Of a stretch of 64,000 nt of DNA, positions 13,007-26,041 are shown piece after piece. The stretch comes from Mobula hypostoma (Eukaryota), in NCBI RefSeq assembly GCF_963921235.1, contig NC_086097.1, positions 100,194,001 through 100,258,000 of the forward strand, in the 5' to 3' direction. Position 1 is the stretch's first letter. The number at the start of each line of letters is the position of its first letter. A model generated the notes under the pieces. It saw only the letters and a program-made list of their open reading frames with translations, ran no database searches and was not told the origin of the DNA. A program made the position numbers and the translations under genes.

Positions 13007-13099
13007 AGGGTTTTAAGCAATGAGGAGAATGTGGAAGACCTGGAGGAGGAGGACGTGGAAGATGAAGTGCCAAAACGCAAAAATAAACCCCGAGGACGG
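13007..13099 (+). CDS. DPF3: DPF3 coding exon (acidic stretch plus basic NLS), 93 nt
   Basis: Bounded by ctgcag| and |gtaagt. Translates RVLSNEENVEDLEEEDVEDEVPKRKNKPRGR. Phase 0-0. Confidence 0.95.
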
Positions 13100-14159
13100 G
13101 TAAGTAAGCATAGTGCAGAAAATGAAGTACAACAAACAGATCATTATTAAAATAAACACTAGAAAAATGTTCTGTCTTTTCCTGTAAAATTATTCGATAT
13201 AGTTGCAAAATAAGATGAGTGTTGTATATAGTGCAAGTTTTTACTCAAATAATTAAGTTTTATGCTTACAGATCTTGGTTATAGAGTGACAGAGCACTAC
13301 AGTACAGAAATAGGACCTTTGGCTCATCCAGTCCATATCAATTTGTTATTCTGCCTAATCCCATTGACTTGCACCTGGACCGTAGCCCTCTGTACCCCTC
13401 GCATCCATGTGCCGCCGAAGTTCTGTTAAATGTTGCAGTTGAACCCTCACCGACCACCTCTGCTGACATCCTCTGAAATTCCCCCTCAGGCTCCCCTGAA
13501 ATAGTTCACCTTTCACTCTAAACCTATGACCTCTGGTTCTATTCTCACCAAACCTGAAGGGAAAATGCCTATCTGTATATACCCTTTCTCTACTCCCCCA
13601 CCTACAATTTTGAACACATCTATACATTCTCCCTTCTTCCCCTGTGTTTCAAAGAGGTTGACAGTCATCCCACCCTGCAAAAGCTCATTTCAGGGAGGTC
13701 TCAACTGGAAGTCTCAGCCTCATAGCAGTCTGTGTCAATGAATTTGTTAGTTTTGCAAGACATCAGATTCATAAGTGTTCTGTGAGACTTCTGAATTTTG
13801 TCTGTGTGTGTGTCTCTCTCTCTCTCTCTCTCTCTCACACTCTCACACTCTCACACACACCCCCTGCAATAGTCGGGATCAGAACTTACTTTTTTACATC
13901 GAAATGGGGGATTTTAAATGAGTGATTTAGAAGTTTTGTATCTTCAAGTTCAAGTTTATTGTCATTTGGCTGATGGTCCACAAACAAAACAACTTCTGTC
14001 TGGACCATGGTGTAGCCACAATACATATATCATGCACACCACATAAAACAATGTATTACCATATTATTTAATAAAGTGTAATTCAAAATGCATACAAAGT
14101 GCACAGCACAGGTAAGGAGTTCGCTGTCCTAATGGTGAGACCTTGGTGGGGGCTGGGTA

Positions 14160-14741
14160 TTTATTAAAATCGGTTTTTCTTCTGAAAACGGCTGCGCTTA
14201 AACCCAGCCCATCGTGGGCTTCAATGTACCTGTGAGTCAAAGTGTTTCAGGAAAAATCCCGAAAAATTTGCTTGCTGCAAGCGTGTTTTTGAAGATATCT
14301 TAGCGGACGATTTTGGAATTTCGCTTCAATTTAAACCCCGCTCTAATCCTCTTTAAGACGCCAATGTGCCCTGCCTGTATAAGACAGCCTCGCGTAGTCA
14401 GGTTGTCACCGCCAGCCTTGGGAATTTCTTCGCCAGGTTTTTGTACTTCATCACCGACAGTTGTCCGGATGATTTCAGTGTCATTACGGACGGCAGTAAC
14501 TGAACTGATGGACAATGGAAGAGAGAGGTCGACTGTAAAGCCTGTCTACAGAGAAAACTGATAGGTCTACTTAGCACAAAGAGAGATCAAGCAGGATTCA
14601 TTCATTGTCTTTCTTTCTTTTTTTTCCTCTCCCGCTCTAAAAAATCGATTTCCAGGATATTGCATATAATTTGCGGGCATCAGGGAGCCGCTATCGATAT
14701 GCGAGAGACTCCTGGAACTCCCAGGAGAGGTGGGATGTCTG
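14160..14741. mobile_element. CpG-rich probable DNA-transposon end fragment (hAT-like)
   Basis: Abrupt rise in CpG content; ends gggagaggtgggatgtctg-like, resembling an hAT terminus. The partner TIR was not found. Confidence 0.35.
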
Positions 14742-14885
14742 GGTTGAAGGAGCGGTGACTAGGACACAGGAATATTTCTGGTAGGCCGAGGCTCGTGTTG
14801 ATAAACAAGGTCATTTGGTCAGTGGGTTAAGAGAGAGAGAACCTGAATAAATGAGCAAGGGCCAGTAGGGAATGAGAACACAAAG

Positions 14886-16748
14886 GGGTAGTATGGTAGC
14901 GTAGTGGTTATCACAATGCTTTACAATACAGGTGTCCCCCGCTTTACGAAACCTCACTGTTACAAAAGACCTACATTAGTTACCTGTTTTCGCTAACAGA
15001 AGGTGTTTTCACTGTTACGAAAAAATTCAGCGCGCGATAAAAGGCAGCCGCTCTCTCCCGGATTCGGAACTGCATTCTAGCCGGCATTGCTTAAACACGT
15101 GCCTGTGAGCAGCCGTTTGCAAGATGAGTTCTAAGGTATCGGAAAAGTCTAAAAGAGCTCGTAAGGATGTTACACTTAGCGTAAAACTAGACATAATTAA
15201 GCATTTCGATCGTGGTGAACGAAGTAAGGACAAGGTGAATTTGGCTTGTGGAAGTTGATGAAAATGATGTTGAAGAGGTTTTGGCATCCCATGACCAAGA
15301 ACTGATAGATGAAGAGCTGATGCAATTGGAAGAGGAAAGGATAACAATCAAAACCGAATGCAGTAGTGAACGGACCGAAAGTGACTGCGTGAGATTTTCG
15401 CTGCAATGATAAAGTACAACTTTAATTTTGAAAGGGTACGTTGGTTTAGGGCATAATTGCAAGATGGCTTGAGTGCTTACAAAGAACTGTATGATAGAAA
15501 AATGCGCTAGCCTAGCAGTTAAGCACACTACCGTTTTTCAAGCCTTCCACATCAGCCACAGCAGAGGACGAACCTCGACCTTCGACATCGAGGTGGGCAG
15601 TCATAGGAGAAGATGAGCTGCCTGCCCTAATGGAAACAGACGACGATGAGATGACACCCCAGTGTCCCACCACCCCAACCCCCAGGCTGCGGACAGATAC
15701 TGATTCGCGGAGAATGCAGTGGTAGCCGGGAGGCACACAGCACATCTTTAAGAAAAAAGCCAAAATAAACATGCTAATTAATTAAGTGCCACCCGGCGCG
15801 TAATTGTCGGCCCAGATCAGAGGCGATTACCAATTACGTGCCGAACGGCATCTAATTAATTAGCATGTTTATTTTGGCTTTTTTCTTAAAGGTGTGCTGT
15901 GTGCCTCCCAGCTACCGCTGTACCCCTGCATGCTTCGCGGATTGGTATCGGTTCGCTGCCCAGAGGGTGGGGGCCACTGCACCACCCCAACTTCTGACGA
16001 CTCAGCCTAACACAGCATCATCAGTGTGCTCTGGGTTGTCTTCCCGATCCCCATCAGTGACACTACACTGTACATACATTACTTCTACTTTATATGGGCT
16101 GTGTATTTTTAGGTGTTATTTGGTATGATTTGGCAGCTTCATAGCTTATAGTTTACTGGAGAGAGTGTTTTTGCCAACAGCGCTTGCGTGAGATTTTCTG
16201 CCGAGAGCGTTTGCGCCATGTTTTTGCTGACGGCGCTTGCGTGAGATTTTCGCTACAGTGGACAGTGTAGGCAATGATTGTGGAAAAGTATTTCTACTTT
16301 ATATAGGCTGTGTATTTATATCATTCCTGCTTTTACTATATGTTAGTGTTATTTTAGGTTTTATGTGTTATTTGGCATGATTTGGTAGGTTATTTTTGGG
16401 TCTGCGAACGCTCACAAATTTTTCCCATATAAATAAATGGTAATTGCGTCTTCGCTTTATGACATTCCGGCTTACGAACTGTTTCATAGGAACGCTGTAC
16501 CTTCGGATGGCGGGGGAAACCTGTACCAACAACAAGGGTTCAATTCCAGCTGATGAATGTAAGGAGTTTGTACGTTCTGCCACGTGTGTATTCTCTGGGT
16601 ACTCCAGTTTCTTCCCGTAGTCCAAAGACATACCGGTTGGTAGGTTAATTAGTCAATGTAAATTGTCCTGTGATTGGGCTAGGATTAAATCAGGCGTTGC
16701 TGGATGGTGAGGCTCAAAAGGCCAGAAGGGCCTATTTCTTGCTGTATC
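14886..16748 (+). mobile_element. tRNA-derived V-SINE split by the Tigger insertion (14886-14928 plus 16524-16748)
   Basis: A-box ggtagcgtagtggtt lies before the insertion. B-box ggttcaattcc and the V-domain-like core follow it. Collinear with the copy at 24342. Confidence 0.75.
14929..16523 (+). mobile_element. Internally deleted Tigger/pogo DNA transposon
   Basis: TA|caggtgtcccccgctttacgaa...ttcggatggcgggggaaacctg|TA. From 15124 it reads MSSKVSEKSKRARKDVTLSVKLDIIKHFDRGE (HTH-psq), joined to the C-terminal piece EVDENDVEEVLASHDQELIDEELMQLEEE. Confidence 0.88.
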
Positions 16749-16751
16749 AGC

Positions 16752-17700
16752 CACTATTGGAAACATCCTCTCCACATCCACATTGTCTAGGCTTTTCAAT
16801 ATTCATTAGGTTTCAGTGAGATCCCCCTCATTCTTCTAAGCTGCAGTGAGTACAGACTCAGAACCATCAAACACTCCTCATATGTAAACCCTTTCATTCC
16901 TGGAATCATTCTAGTGAACCTCGTCTGGACCCTCTTCAATGCCAGCACATCTTTTCTTACACAAAGGGCCTAAAACTGATCACAATACTCCAAGTGTGGT
17001 CTGACCAATGCCTTATAAAGTCTCAACATTACATCCTTGCTCTTATATTCAAATTCTCTTGAAATGAATGCTACTATTGCATCTGCCTTCTTTATTACTG
17101 ACTCAACCTGTAAGTTAACCTTTAGGGAATCCTGCACAAGGTTCCCAAGTCCCCTTTGCACCTCTGAATTTGGAATTTTCTCTTTGTTTACAAAATAGAC
17201 TATGCCTTTATTCCTTCTAACAAAGTGAATGACCATACACTTCCCTACACTATATCCATCTGCCACTTCTTTGCTTATTCTCCCAATCCGTCGAAGTCCT
17301 TCTGCAGACTCCATGCTTCCTCAACCCTACCTGCCCTTCCAACTATCTTTGTATTGTCTGTAAACCTGGCCACAAAGCCATCAATTCCATCAGCCACATC
17401 ATTGCCATATAGCGTGAAAAGAAGCAATCTGAATACCAGCTCCTGTGGAACCCCACTCGTCACCGGCAGGGAACCAGAATAAGAGCTCTTCATTCTGATT
17501 TTGCCTTCTGCCAGGCGGCCAATCTTCAGTCCATGCTAGTATCTTTCTTGTTATTCCATGGGCTTTTATCTTGTTAAACAGTCTCATGTGCGGCACCTTG
17601 TCAAAGGCCTCCTGAAAATACTAGTAAGCAACATCCACTGACTCTCCATTGTCTATCCTATCTGTCATTTCCTCGGAGAATTCCAATAGATTTGTCAGGC
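16752..17700 (-). mobile_element. CR1 LINE RT fragment
   Basis: Peptides VTSGVPQ, VARFTDNTK and [13 protein letters not shown]. Confidence 0.85.
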
Positions 17701-18009
17701 ATGTTTGGAGGGAAATGGACAGTCAACATTTTGGATTGAGACCCTTCATCTGTGCATTTCAACACTGACAGTCCATTTCCCTCCATCGATGCTGCCTGTC
17801 CCACTGAGTTCCTCCAGTGCCCATTAATTTGAGGTGCAATCAAATCAGCACAATAACATCATACTGTGGGTAAATGAAACCCTCTGCTTTATTCATAATA
17901 AAATGCACTACAAATTGTGAAGTAATCATACTGGGCTACCTGTACTTGAGTTCTACCTGTCTACGTTTCTTGAGGAAGCGATGAAGGTGATTGGTGTACA
18001 AAGGCTGTA

Positions 18010-19977
18010 ATAAGTCAAGTCAAGAAGAAAAGAAAAGCTTACAAAAGGTTCAGAGAGCTGGGTAACATTAGAGATCTAGAAGATTATAAGGCTAATAGGA
18101 AGGAGCTTATGAAGCAAATTAGGAGAGCCAGAAGGGGCCATGAGAAGGCCTTGGTGGGCAGGATTAAGGAAAACCCCAAGGCATTCTACAACTATGTGAA
18201 GAGCAAGAGGATAAGATATGAAAGAATAGGGCCTATCAAGTGTGACAGTGGGCAAGTATGTATGGAACTGGAGGAAATAGCAGAGGTACTTAATGAATAC
18301 TTTACTTCAGTATTCACTATGGAAAAGGATCTTGGTGATTGTAGTGATGACTTGCAGCAGACTGAAAGGCTTGAGCATGTAGATATTAAGGAAGAGGATG
18401 TGCTGGAGCTTTTGGAAAGCATCAAGTTGGATAAGTTGCCGGGACCAGATGAAATGTACCCCAGGCTACTGTGGGAGGCAAGGGAGGAGATTACTGAGCC
18501 TCTCGCGATGATCTTTGCATCATCAATGGGGACGGGAGAGGTTCCAGAGGATTGGAGGGTTGTGGATGTTGTTCCCTTATTCAAGAAAGGAAGTAGAGAT
18601 AGCCCAGGAAAGTATAGACCAGTGAGTCTTACCTCAGTGGTTGGTAAGTTGATGGAGAAGATCCTGAGAGGCAGGATTTATGAACATTTGGAGAGGAATA
18701 ATATGATTAGGAATAGTCAGCATGGCTTTGTCGAGGGCAGGTCGTGCCTTACGAGCCTGATTGAATTTTTTGAGGATGTGACTAAACACATTGATGAAGG
18801 AACAGCAGTAGATGTAGTATATATGGATTTCAGCAAGGCATTTGATAAGGTACCCCGTTCCAGGCTTAATGAGAAAGTAAGGAGGCATTGCTTTGCGGAT
18901 CTGGAACTGGCTTGCCCACAGAAGGCAAAGAGTGGTTGTAGACGGGTCATATTCTGCATGGAGGTTAGTCACCAGTGGAGTGCCTCAGGGTCTGGGACCC
19001 TTATTCTTCATGATTTTTATAAATGACCTGGATGAGGAAGAGAAGGGATGGGTTAGTAAGTTTGCTGATGACACAAAGGTTGGAGGTGTTGTAGATAGTA
19101 TGGAGGGCTGTCAGAGGTTACAATGGGACATCGATAGGATGCAAAACTGAGCTGAGAAGTGGCAGATGGAGTTCAACCCAGATAAGTGTGAAGTGGTTCA
19201 TTTTGGTAGGTCAAGTATGATGGCAGAATATAGTATTAATGGTAAGACTCTTGGCAGTGCGGAGGATCAGAGGGATCTTGGGGTCCGAGTCCATAGGACG
19301 CTCAAAGCAGCTGTGCAGGTTGACTCTGTGGTTAAGAAGGTGTACGGTGTATTGGCCTTCATCAATCATGGAATTGAATTTAGGAGCCGAGAGGTAATGT
19401 TGCAGTTATATACAACCCTGGTCAGACCCCACTTGAAGTACTGTGCTCAGTTCTGGTCACCTCACCACAGGAAGGATGTGGAAGCCATAGAAAGGGTGCA
19501 GGGGAGATTTACAAGGATGTTGGCTGGATTGGGGAGCATGCCTTATGAGAATAGGTTGAGTGAACTCGACCTTTTCTCCTTGGAGCGACAGAGGAGGAGA
19601 GGTGACCTGATAGAGGTGTATAAGATGATGAGAGGCATTGATCATGTGGATAATCAGAGGCTTTTTCCCAGGGCTGAAATGGTTGCCACAAGAGGACACA
19701 GGTTTAAGGTACTGGGGAGTAAGTACAGAGGAGATGTCAGGGGTAAGATTTTTACATAGTGGTGTACAGAGTGGTGAGTGCGTGGAATGGGCTGCCGGTA
19801 ACGGTGGTGGAGGCAGATACGATAGGGTCTTTTAAGAAACTTTTGGATAGGTACATGAAGCTTAGAAAAATAGAGGGCTATGGGTAAGCCTAGTAATTTC
19901 TAAGGTAGGGGCATGTTTGGCACAACTCTGTGGGCCGAAGGGCCTGTATTGTGCTGTAGGTTTTCTATGTTTCTATG
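18010..19977 (+). mobile_element. 5'-truncated CR1 LINE ORF2 (RT to 3' tail)
   Basis: ORFs of 305, 85 and 197 aa with YRPVSLTSVVGK, DFSKAFDKV and SKFADDTK; tail (gtttctat)n. Confidence 0.93.
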
Positions 19978-20579
19978 ATGAAGGAGGAGCTGTGTATGTT
20001 GTCTATGTGGCTTTGACAAGGCCCCACATGGGACACTGTTCAGAGCTTCTCTAAAGCTAACCCTTTCCCCATTTTGCCATACGGTTACATACCGTGCACT
20101 CATCCACTTCAACACATACCCATGGTTTCAGTGTGCCCATTTATGGTTGTGAAGTGTAACTGCACACCCCATCAGTAAGATAATGGTGTTGCAGCTCTCA
20201 GAGTCCAGGAGGTGCTTTGATCTGACCTTGTCAGTGGTTTGTGACTCCATTCAGCAGCTAAAGTAGCAAATGAGCCAAGTGTCATGTCTTTGCAGTGTGT
20301 AACAGCTGCGTGCAATTGTTCTTTGTCACAGTCAGCACTTTCTCATTTCTTTTTGGTAGGAAACAATAAGTTTCAGCAAATTAAAAATGATGAACCTGAT
20401 TCCTCGTGAAGCCAGCAAGGCCCTGTCGTAGGTCTCTGCATTTTCATGCCCGAATGCTTTCAGAATCGCAGGCCTGTGGCTAATTACTCACTGAGCTATG
20501 TCTCAGCTGATTTCACATTGATGTTTCCAGTTGCAGCAGCCTTCCACTGAAGTGCAATGTGTTTCTTGTGCAAAACCCA

Positions 20580-21060
20580 CAAGTACCGGAGGAATTCAGC
20601 AAGTCAGGCAGCATCCATAAGCAATGTTTCGGGCCAAGACTCTTAATTGGGATTGGAAAGGGTGGGGGCAGAAGAAGGTGGGGAGAGAGGAAGGAGTACA
20701 AGTCAGCAGGTGAGAGGTGAATCCAGCTGAGACGGAAGGTAAATGGTTGGGTGGGGTGCTGGATGAAGTAGGTAGTTGGAGCTGTAGGTGGAAGAGGTGA
20801 AACGGACTAAAGCAAAAGGAATATTATAGGAGAGGACAGTGGACCATGGAAGAAAGGGAAGGAAGAGAGGAATCAGAGGGAGGTTAGGAGAAGAGAAGGG
20901 ATGGTAAAATGCAAAAAGGAAGGAGGAAGGGGGTGAACTAATTACGGAAATGAGAGAAATCCATTTTCATACCATCAGGTTGGAGGCTACTCAGACGGAA
21001 TATGAGATGTTGCTGCTCCACCCTGAGTGTGACCTCATTGTGGTAGGAGAGGACACCACA
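20580..21060 (-). mobile_element. Penelope-like fragment (end of GIY-YIG plus pLTR)
   Basis: Peptide LRVEQQHLIFRLSSLQPDGMKMDFSHFR, homologous to the ORF at 60171-60497. Confidence 0.75.
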
Positions 21061-21339
21061 TGTATTTCTTGTTGCTGATTTGGCTACAAAGCTAGAATGG
21101 GATTTTTGGAACAGAATGGAGTTGAGCATAATTGTGATTGGACAGGAAAGTGAAGCTGAACATCACGATATTGAAAGATGGACCAGTCTCAAAGGGAGGG
21201 ATGCGCCACGTCAACTCGTACTTGGGCTTTTGGCCTGTGACATGGGTACTATTGGGACGATCTGTAACAGCAGTCTTTCTGTCAGGCTTGCTGAAGCTAC
21301 AACTATATGACTGCATACAAGGGGAAGGTCCAGCAAGGC

Positions 21340-22500
21340 TGACGGACATATTACAAAAGGGTAGAACATTGAACACAGCACAGCACAGAACAGGTCCTAT
21401 GGTCCACAATGTTGTGTCAAACTAATCACATTACTAACCAAACTAACATTATTAGCCCAACTAACCTAATGTCTTCTGCCTAGACAATGCCCATATTCTT
21501 CCTTCTGTTCTCTGCACATTCATGTGCCCATTGAAGAGCCTGTTAAACACCCTATCGAATTTGCCTCCACCACCACCCCCAGCAATGGGTCCCAGGCACT
21601 CACTACTCTCTGAGTAGCAAGTCTGTCCCACACATGAACTTAGCCCTCACCATAAATACATGCCCTTTGGTGTTAGATATTTCCTCAATCCTGGGAAAAA
21701 GATACCAGATATCTACTGTACCTATGCTTCTCATAATCTTATAAACCTCTATCAAATCTCTCCTCAGCATCTGCCTCTCCAGGTAAAGCGAGCCAAGTTT
21801 CTCCAGCCTCTCCTTATAACATATGCCTTCTAAACCAGGCAGCATCCTGCTAAACCCCTTTTATATCCTCTCCAAAGCCTCGACATCCTTCTTATTATGG
21901 GATGATGAGAATTGAATGTAAAGCTCTAAATGGGGTCTAATCAGAGCTTTATGAAGCTGCAACATAACTTCTTGACACTTGAACTCAGTTCTTAAATTAA
22001 TAAAGGCAAGCATGCCATATGCTTTCTTTACCACCCATTCAACCTGTGCAGCCACGTTCAGGGAGCTATTAACTTGGAGCCCAGGAACCCTCAGCACTGT
22101 TAAGAGTCTCGCCATGAGCACTGTCCCTGGACATTCCCCCCCTCCCCCCTGCAATGTGTAACACTTCACATTTCTCCAAGTTAAACTCCATTTGCCCTTT
22201 TCCCACCCATATTTGCAACTGATCTACATGAGTCCTGCTAATAGGTCTCATCGCAAAATGTCGACAGTTTATTCTACTCCATCGATGCTGCCTGTCCTGC
22301 TGAGTTCCTCCAGTATTCTGTGTGAGTTGCTCAAGATTTCCACCATCTGGAGTATCTCTTGTGTTTATGATCTATGTCTGTCTGCATCCTTTGGCAGTCA
22401 CAACATCACCGATCTTCATATAATCTGGAAACCTTCTAGTCCACCCATCCATGTTTTTATCAAGGTCATTTATATATATCCCAAACAACAGAAATCCCAT
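21340..22500 (-). mobile_element. Old CR1 3' fragment
   Basis: Peptides VVKKAYGMLAFI, LHKALIRPHLE and RRDLIEVYKIM. Confidence 0.75.
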
Positions 22501-22504
22501 TAAA

Positions 22505-23170
22505 GATAGAAACATAGAAACATAGAAAACCTACAGCACAATACAGGCCCTTTGACCCACAAAGCCGAACATGTCCTTACCTTAGAAATTACCGAGGGTT
22601 ACCCATAGCCCTCTATTTTTCTAAGCTCCATGTATCCATCCAGGACTCTCTTAAAAGACCCTATCGTATCTGCCTCCACCTCCACCACTGGCAGCCTATT
22701 CCATGCACTCAGCACTCCCTGCGTAAAAAACATACCCCTGACATCTCCTCTGTACCTACTTCCAAGCACCTTAAAACTATGCCCTCTCGTGCTAGCCATT
22801 TCAGCCCTGTGATAAAAGCCTCTGACTATCCACATGATCAATGCCTCTCATCATCTTGTACACCTCTATCAGGTCACCACTCATCCTCCGTCACTCCAAG
22901 GAGAAAAGGCCAAGTTCACTCAACCTATTTTCATAAGGCATGCTCCCCAATCCAGGCAACATCCTTGTAAATCTCCTCTGCACCCTTTCTATGGTTTCCA
23001 CATCCTTTCTGTAGTGAGGCAACCAGAACTGAGCACAGTACTCCAAGTGGGGTCTTACCAGGGCCCTATATAGCTGCAACATTACCTCTCAGCTTTTAAA
23101 CTCAGTCCCATGATTGATGAAGGCCAAAGCACCCTATGCCTTCTTAACCACAGAGTCAACCTGCGTAGCA
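22505..23170 (-). mobile_element. Younger CR1 3' fragment, same subfamily as 18010-19977
   Basis: (atagaaac)n tail and peptide [17 protein letters not shown]. Close reverse-complement match to 19310-19977. Confidence 0.9.
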
Positions 23171-24341
23171 GATCACTGACCTGCAGTCTCAGAATTCCAG
23201 CCAGAATAAGTCCCGTCAACTTGTATTAGCAAGCCAATTCACTACAATCCCATGCTGTTATCGGAGGATCTGTCCTGGTCCTCAATGTCCCGGTGACTAA
23301 TTGGGGATCCTGTGGTATTATCCCTTCAGAGTGATTACACCTTTCTTATTTTTGAGTTCTATCCCTATGGACTCAGTGGCTGATACCTCCATTGTGTCCC
23401 CTCAGAGTGCAGCTGTGACGTTGTTTCTGATTAATAACACAACACCTTTCTCTGTTCCCCCTCCCCCTGACAGTTTTACCTCTTTCTCATCTTTTCTAAA
23501 GCTCTGAAGCCCTGGAGCATTAAGCATCCATTCTTGTCCCTCTCTCAACTAAATCCGTTATGTTCAATGTCTTACACATCATACTTGTTGTGTTAAAAAA
23601 GACACTCACTTAAACCCACCCGTTCCATTGACCTACCAACCGGTACGTCTGGACTGTGGGAGGAAAGCGGAGCAGCTGAAAGAAACCCTTGTGGTCACAG
23701 GGAGAACGTACAGCGAGCGGTGAGAACTGAACCTAGATCACCTGTACTGGGGTTGCATTACAGCTTGGTATGGCAGCTGCTCTCCTAAGTCCTCAAGAAA
23801 TATGTGAATGCAGTCAGCTTCATAACCTTGTCTACACTTCCCACTGCCTTGGGAACGTAGCCAATATAATCAAGGACCCCTCCCACCACAGCTATTCTCT
23901 CTTCTCCCCGCTTCTATCAGGCAGAACAACACATTCCAGGCTCAAGGACAGCTTCGGTATAAGAATTTTGGACAGACCTTTTGTTTTCTCCTCACCCCTC
24001 CCTTTTCACTGCAACACACTTTTGTTTTCTATAGCTTTTCACCGTTCTGATAAGCGACCCTGTCCACACATCCAGCTGCTTCAAGAAAGCAGCCAACATG
24101 TGAAAGACCTCTCCCACCCCTGTCATTCTCTCTTTTGTCCTGTTCAGTTGGGCAGAAGATACAAAAGCCTGAAAGGGTGTACCACCAGGGTCAAGGACAG
24201 CGTCTATTCTGCCGTTGTGAGACTCTTGAATGGGTCTCCTGTATGATAAAGGTAGACTCTTCATCTCTCGGTCTACCCGGGCAAGGCCTTGCCACTGTAT
24301 TTGTCCATCTGCACTGACTTACTCTGTAAATGTAACACTAT

Positions 24342-24625
24342 ACAGCATGGAAGCATAGTTGTCAGCACCACACCCTTCAGTACAGGCAACCTGAGTTCAA
24401 TTCCCACCGCTGCCTGTAAGGAGTTTGTACGTTCTCCCTGTGACTGCATGGGTTTCCTCTGGGTGCCCTGGTTTCCTCCCACAGTCCAAAGGCATACCGT
24501 TTGGTAGTTAATTGGTCATCGTAAATTGTCCTACGATTAGGCTCGGATTAAACTGCGAGGTTGCTGGGCAGCGAGGCTTGAAGGGCCAGAGGGGCCTATT
24601 CCACGCTGTATCTCAATAAATAAAG
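24342..24625 (+). mobile_element. V-SINE (tRNA head, V core, LINE-like tail)
   Basis: B-box gagttcaattcc, core gggtttcctctgggtgccctggtttcctcccacagtccaaag, tail aataaataaa. Confidence 0.8.
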
Positions 24626-25581
24626 ATAAATTCTGTTAGTTTTTTTCTTTTTTTGACTCCTTCAATGTATGGTATATAGAATGATCTTGCTTGATGGGTT
24701 TGCAAACAAAAGGTTTTCCACTATATTTTGGTACACATGACAATAATAAACCTGTATCAATGCATATAAACATGGTGGCACAAATGAGGTTACTGTTCTG
24801 ATGGTTTCCTCCTTGTCCTTTGCGGGGCTGGGCGCCTGCCCTCACTCGGTTCATTCATCAGCTGGATGCCCTTCAACACTTGACCCTTTAACGAGGGACT
24901 GTAATTGCACAGAAGTTCGGAAGAGAGGGCATCTGAGGGAATGTCAGTGCTCTTATCGACTACAGAGAACCCAAGCAATTGATTAGGAGGGCACTCTATT
25001 CACCATAGCCACAGACAGCCGAAGAGGCCAAGTCTTTACGTATATTCAAAACAGACATTGATAGATTCTTGATTGGTCAGGGAATGGAGGGATACGGGGA
25101 GAAGGCAGGAGATTGGGGCTGAGAGGGAAAATGGATCAGCAGATTCGATGGGACAAATGGCCTATTACCTCTCCTGTGTCTCAGGGATTTACAGTCCTTT
25201 TCTGCGACTGAGAATAATCAGCTGAAGGTGAACTCTTCATACTGTGTACGTATTCGTTCCTCAGCTGGGATGTGGTGTGTTTGAATGAGCACTGGAGTGG
25301 GGCCACTGGTAGACTTACTGCCTCACACATCCGACAACTGGAGTGTGACCATGGCTTCCCAGTGCAGTTTTCTCCCACATCCAAAAGATGTGCGGCTTAG
25401 CTCACCACTGAATCTGGGGGTGCGGTGGGGTGCAGGTTAGTTGATGGGACAGTGGAGAGGACAGATAACAGGGAAAATTACTGAGAGAATGAGCTTGATC
25501 TGTGAGCTGTGATAGTCCTGATGGGCCAAGGTGCTTTCTCTACACATTGTATAGAAATAAGCTTCGATTCCAATTCAGACT

Positions 25582-26041
25582 GTTTGTATCTAATGACGTA
25601 GGTGCAGGGATCTTGTATGTAATGATGTGGACGAGGGCATCTTGTTTGTAATGATGTGGACATGAGCATCTCATTTGTGATGACGTGGACGCAGGGATCT
25701 TGCATGTAATGACGCGGATGAGGGCATCTTGTTTGTAATGACATGGATGCGGGCATCTTGTTTGTAATGACATGGACATCGTGTTTGTAATGACGTGGAT
25801 AAGGGCATCTTGTTTGTTATGACGTGGACGCAGGCAACTTGTATGTAATGATGTGGATATGAGCATCTTGTTTGTAATGACATGGACGTCTTGTTTGTAA
25901 TGACGTGGACGCGGGCATCTTGTATGTAATGATGTGGACACGGGCATCTTGTTTGTAACGACGTGGACGTGGGTATCTTGTTGTAATGACGTGGATGCGG
26001 GTATTTTGTTGTAATGACGTGGGCGCAGGCATTTTGTAGTC
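25582..26041. repeat. Minisatellite, about 29-bp unit gtaatgacgtggacgcgggcatcttgttt, about 16 copies
   Basis: Head-to-tail repeats; many variants are CpG to TpG/CpA changes. Confidence 0.92.

Noticed and set aside
14886..14930. tRNA gene (also near 24345)
   Set aside because: The A and B boxes belong to SINE heads; no full cloverleaf.
25582..26041. CRISPR-like array (also 39822-40076)
   Set aside because: Units are head-to-tail with no unique spacers, there are no cas genes, and the context is a eukaryotic intron.
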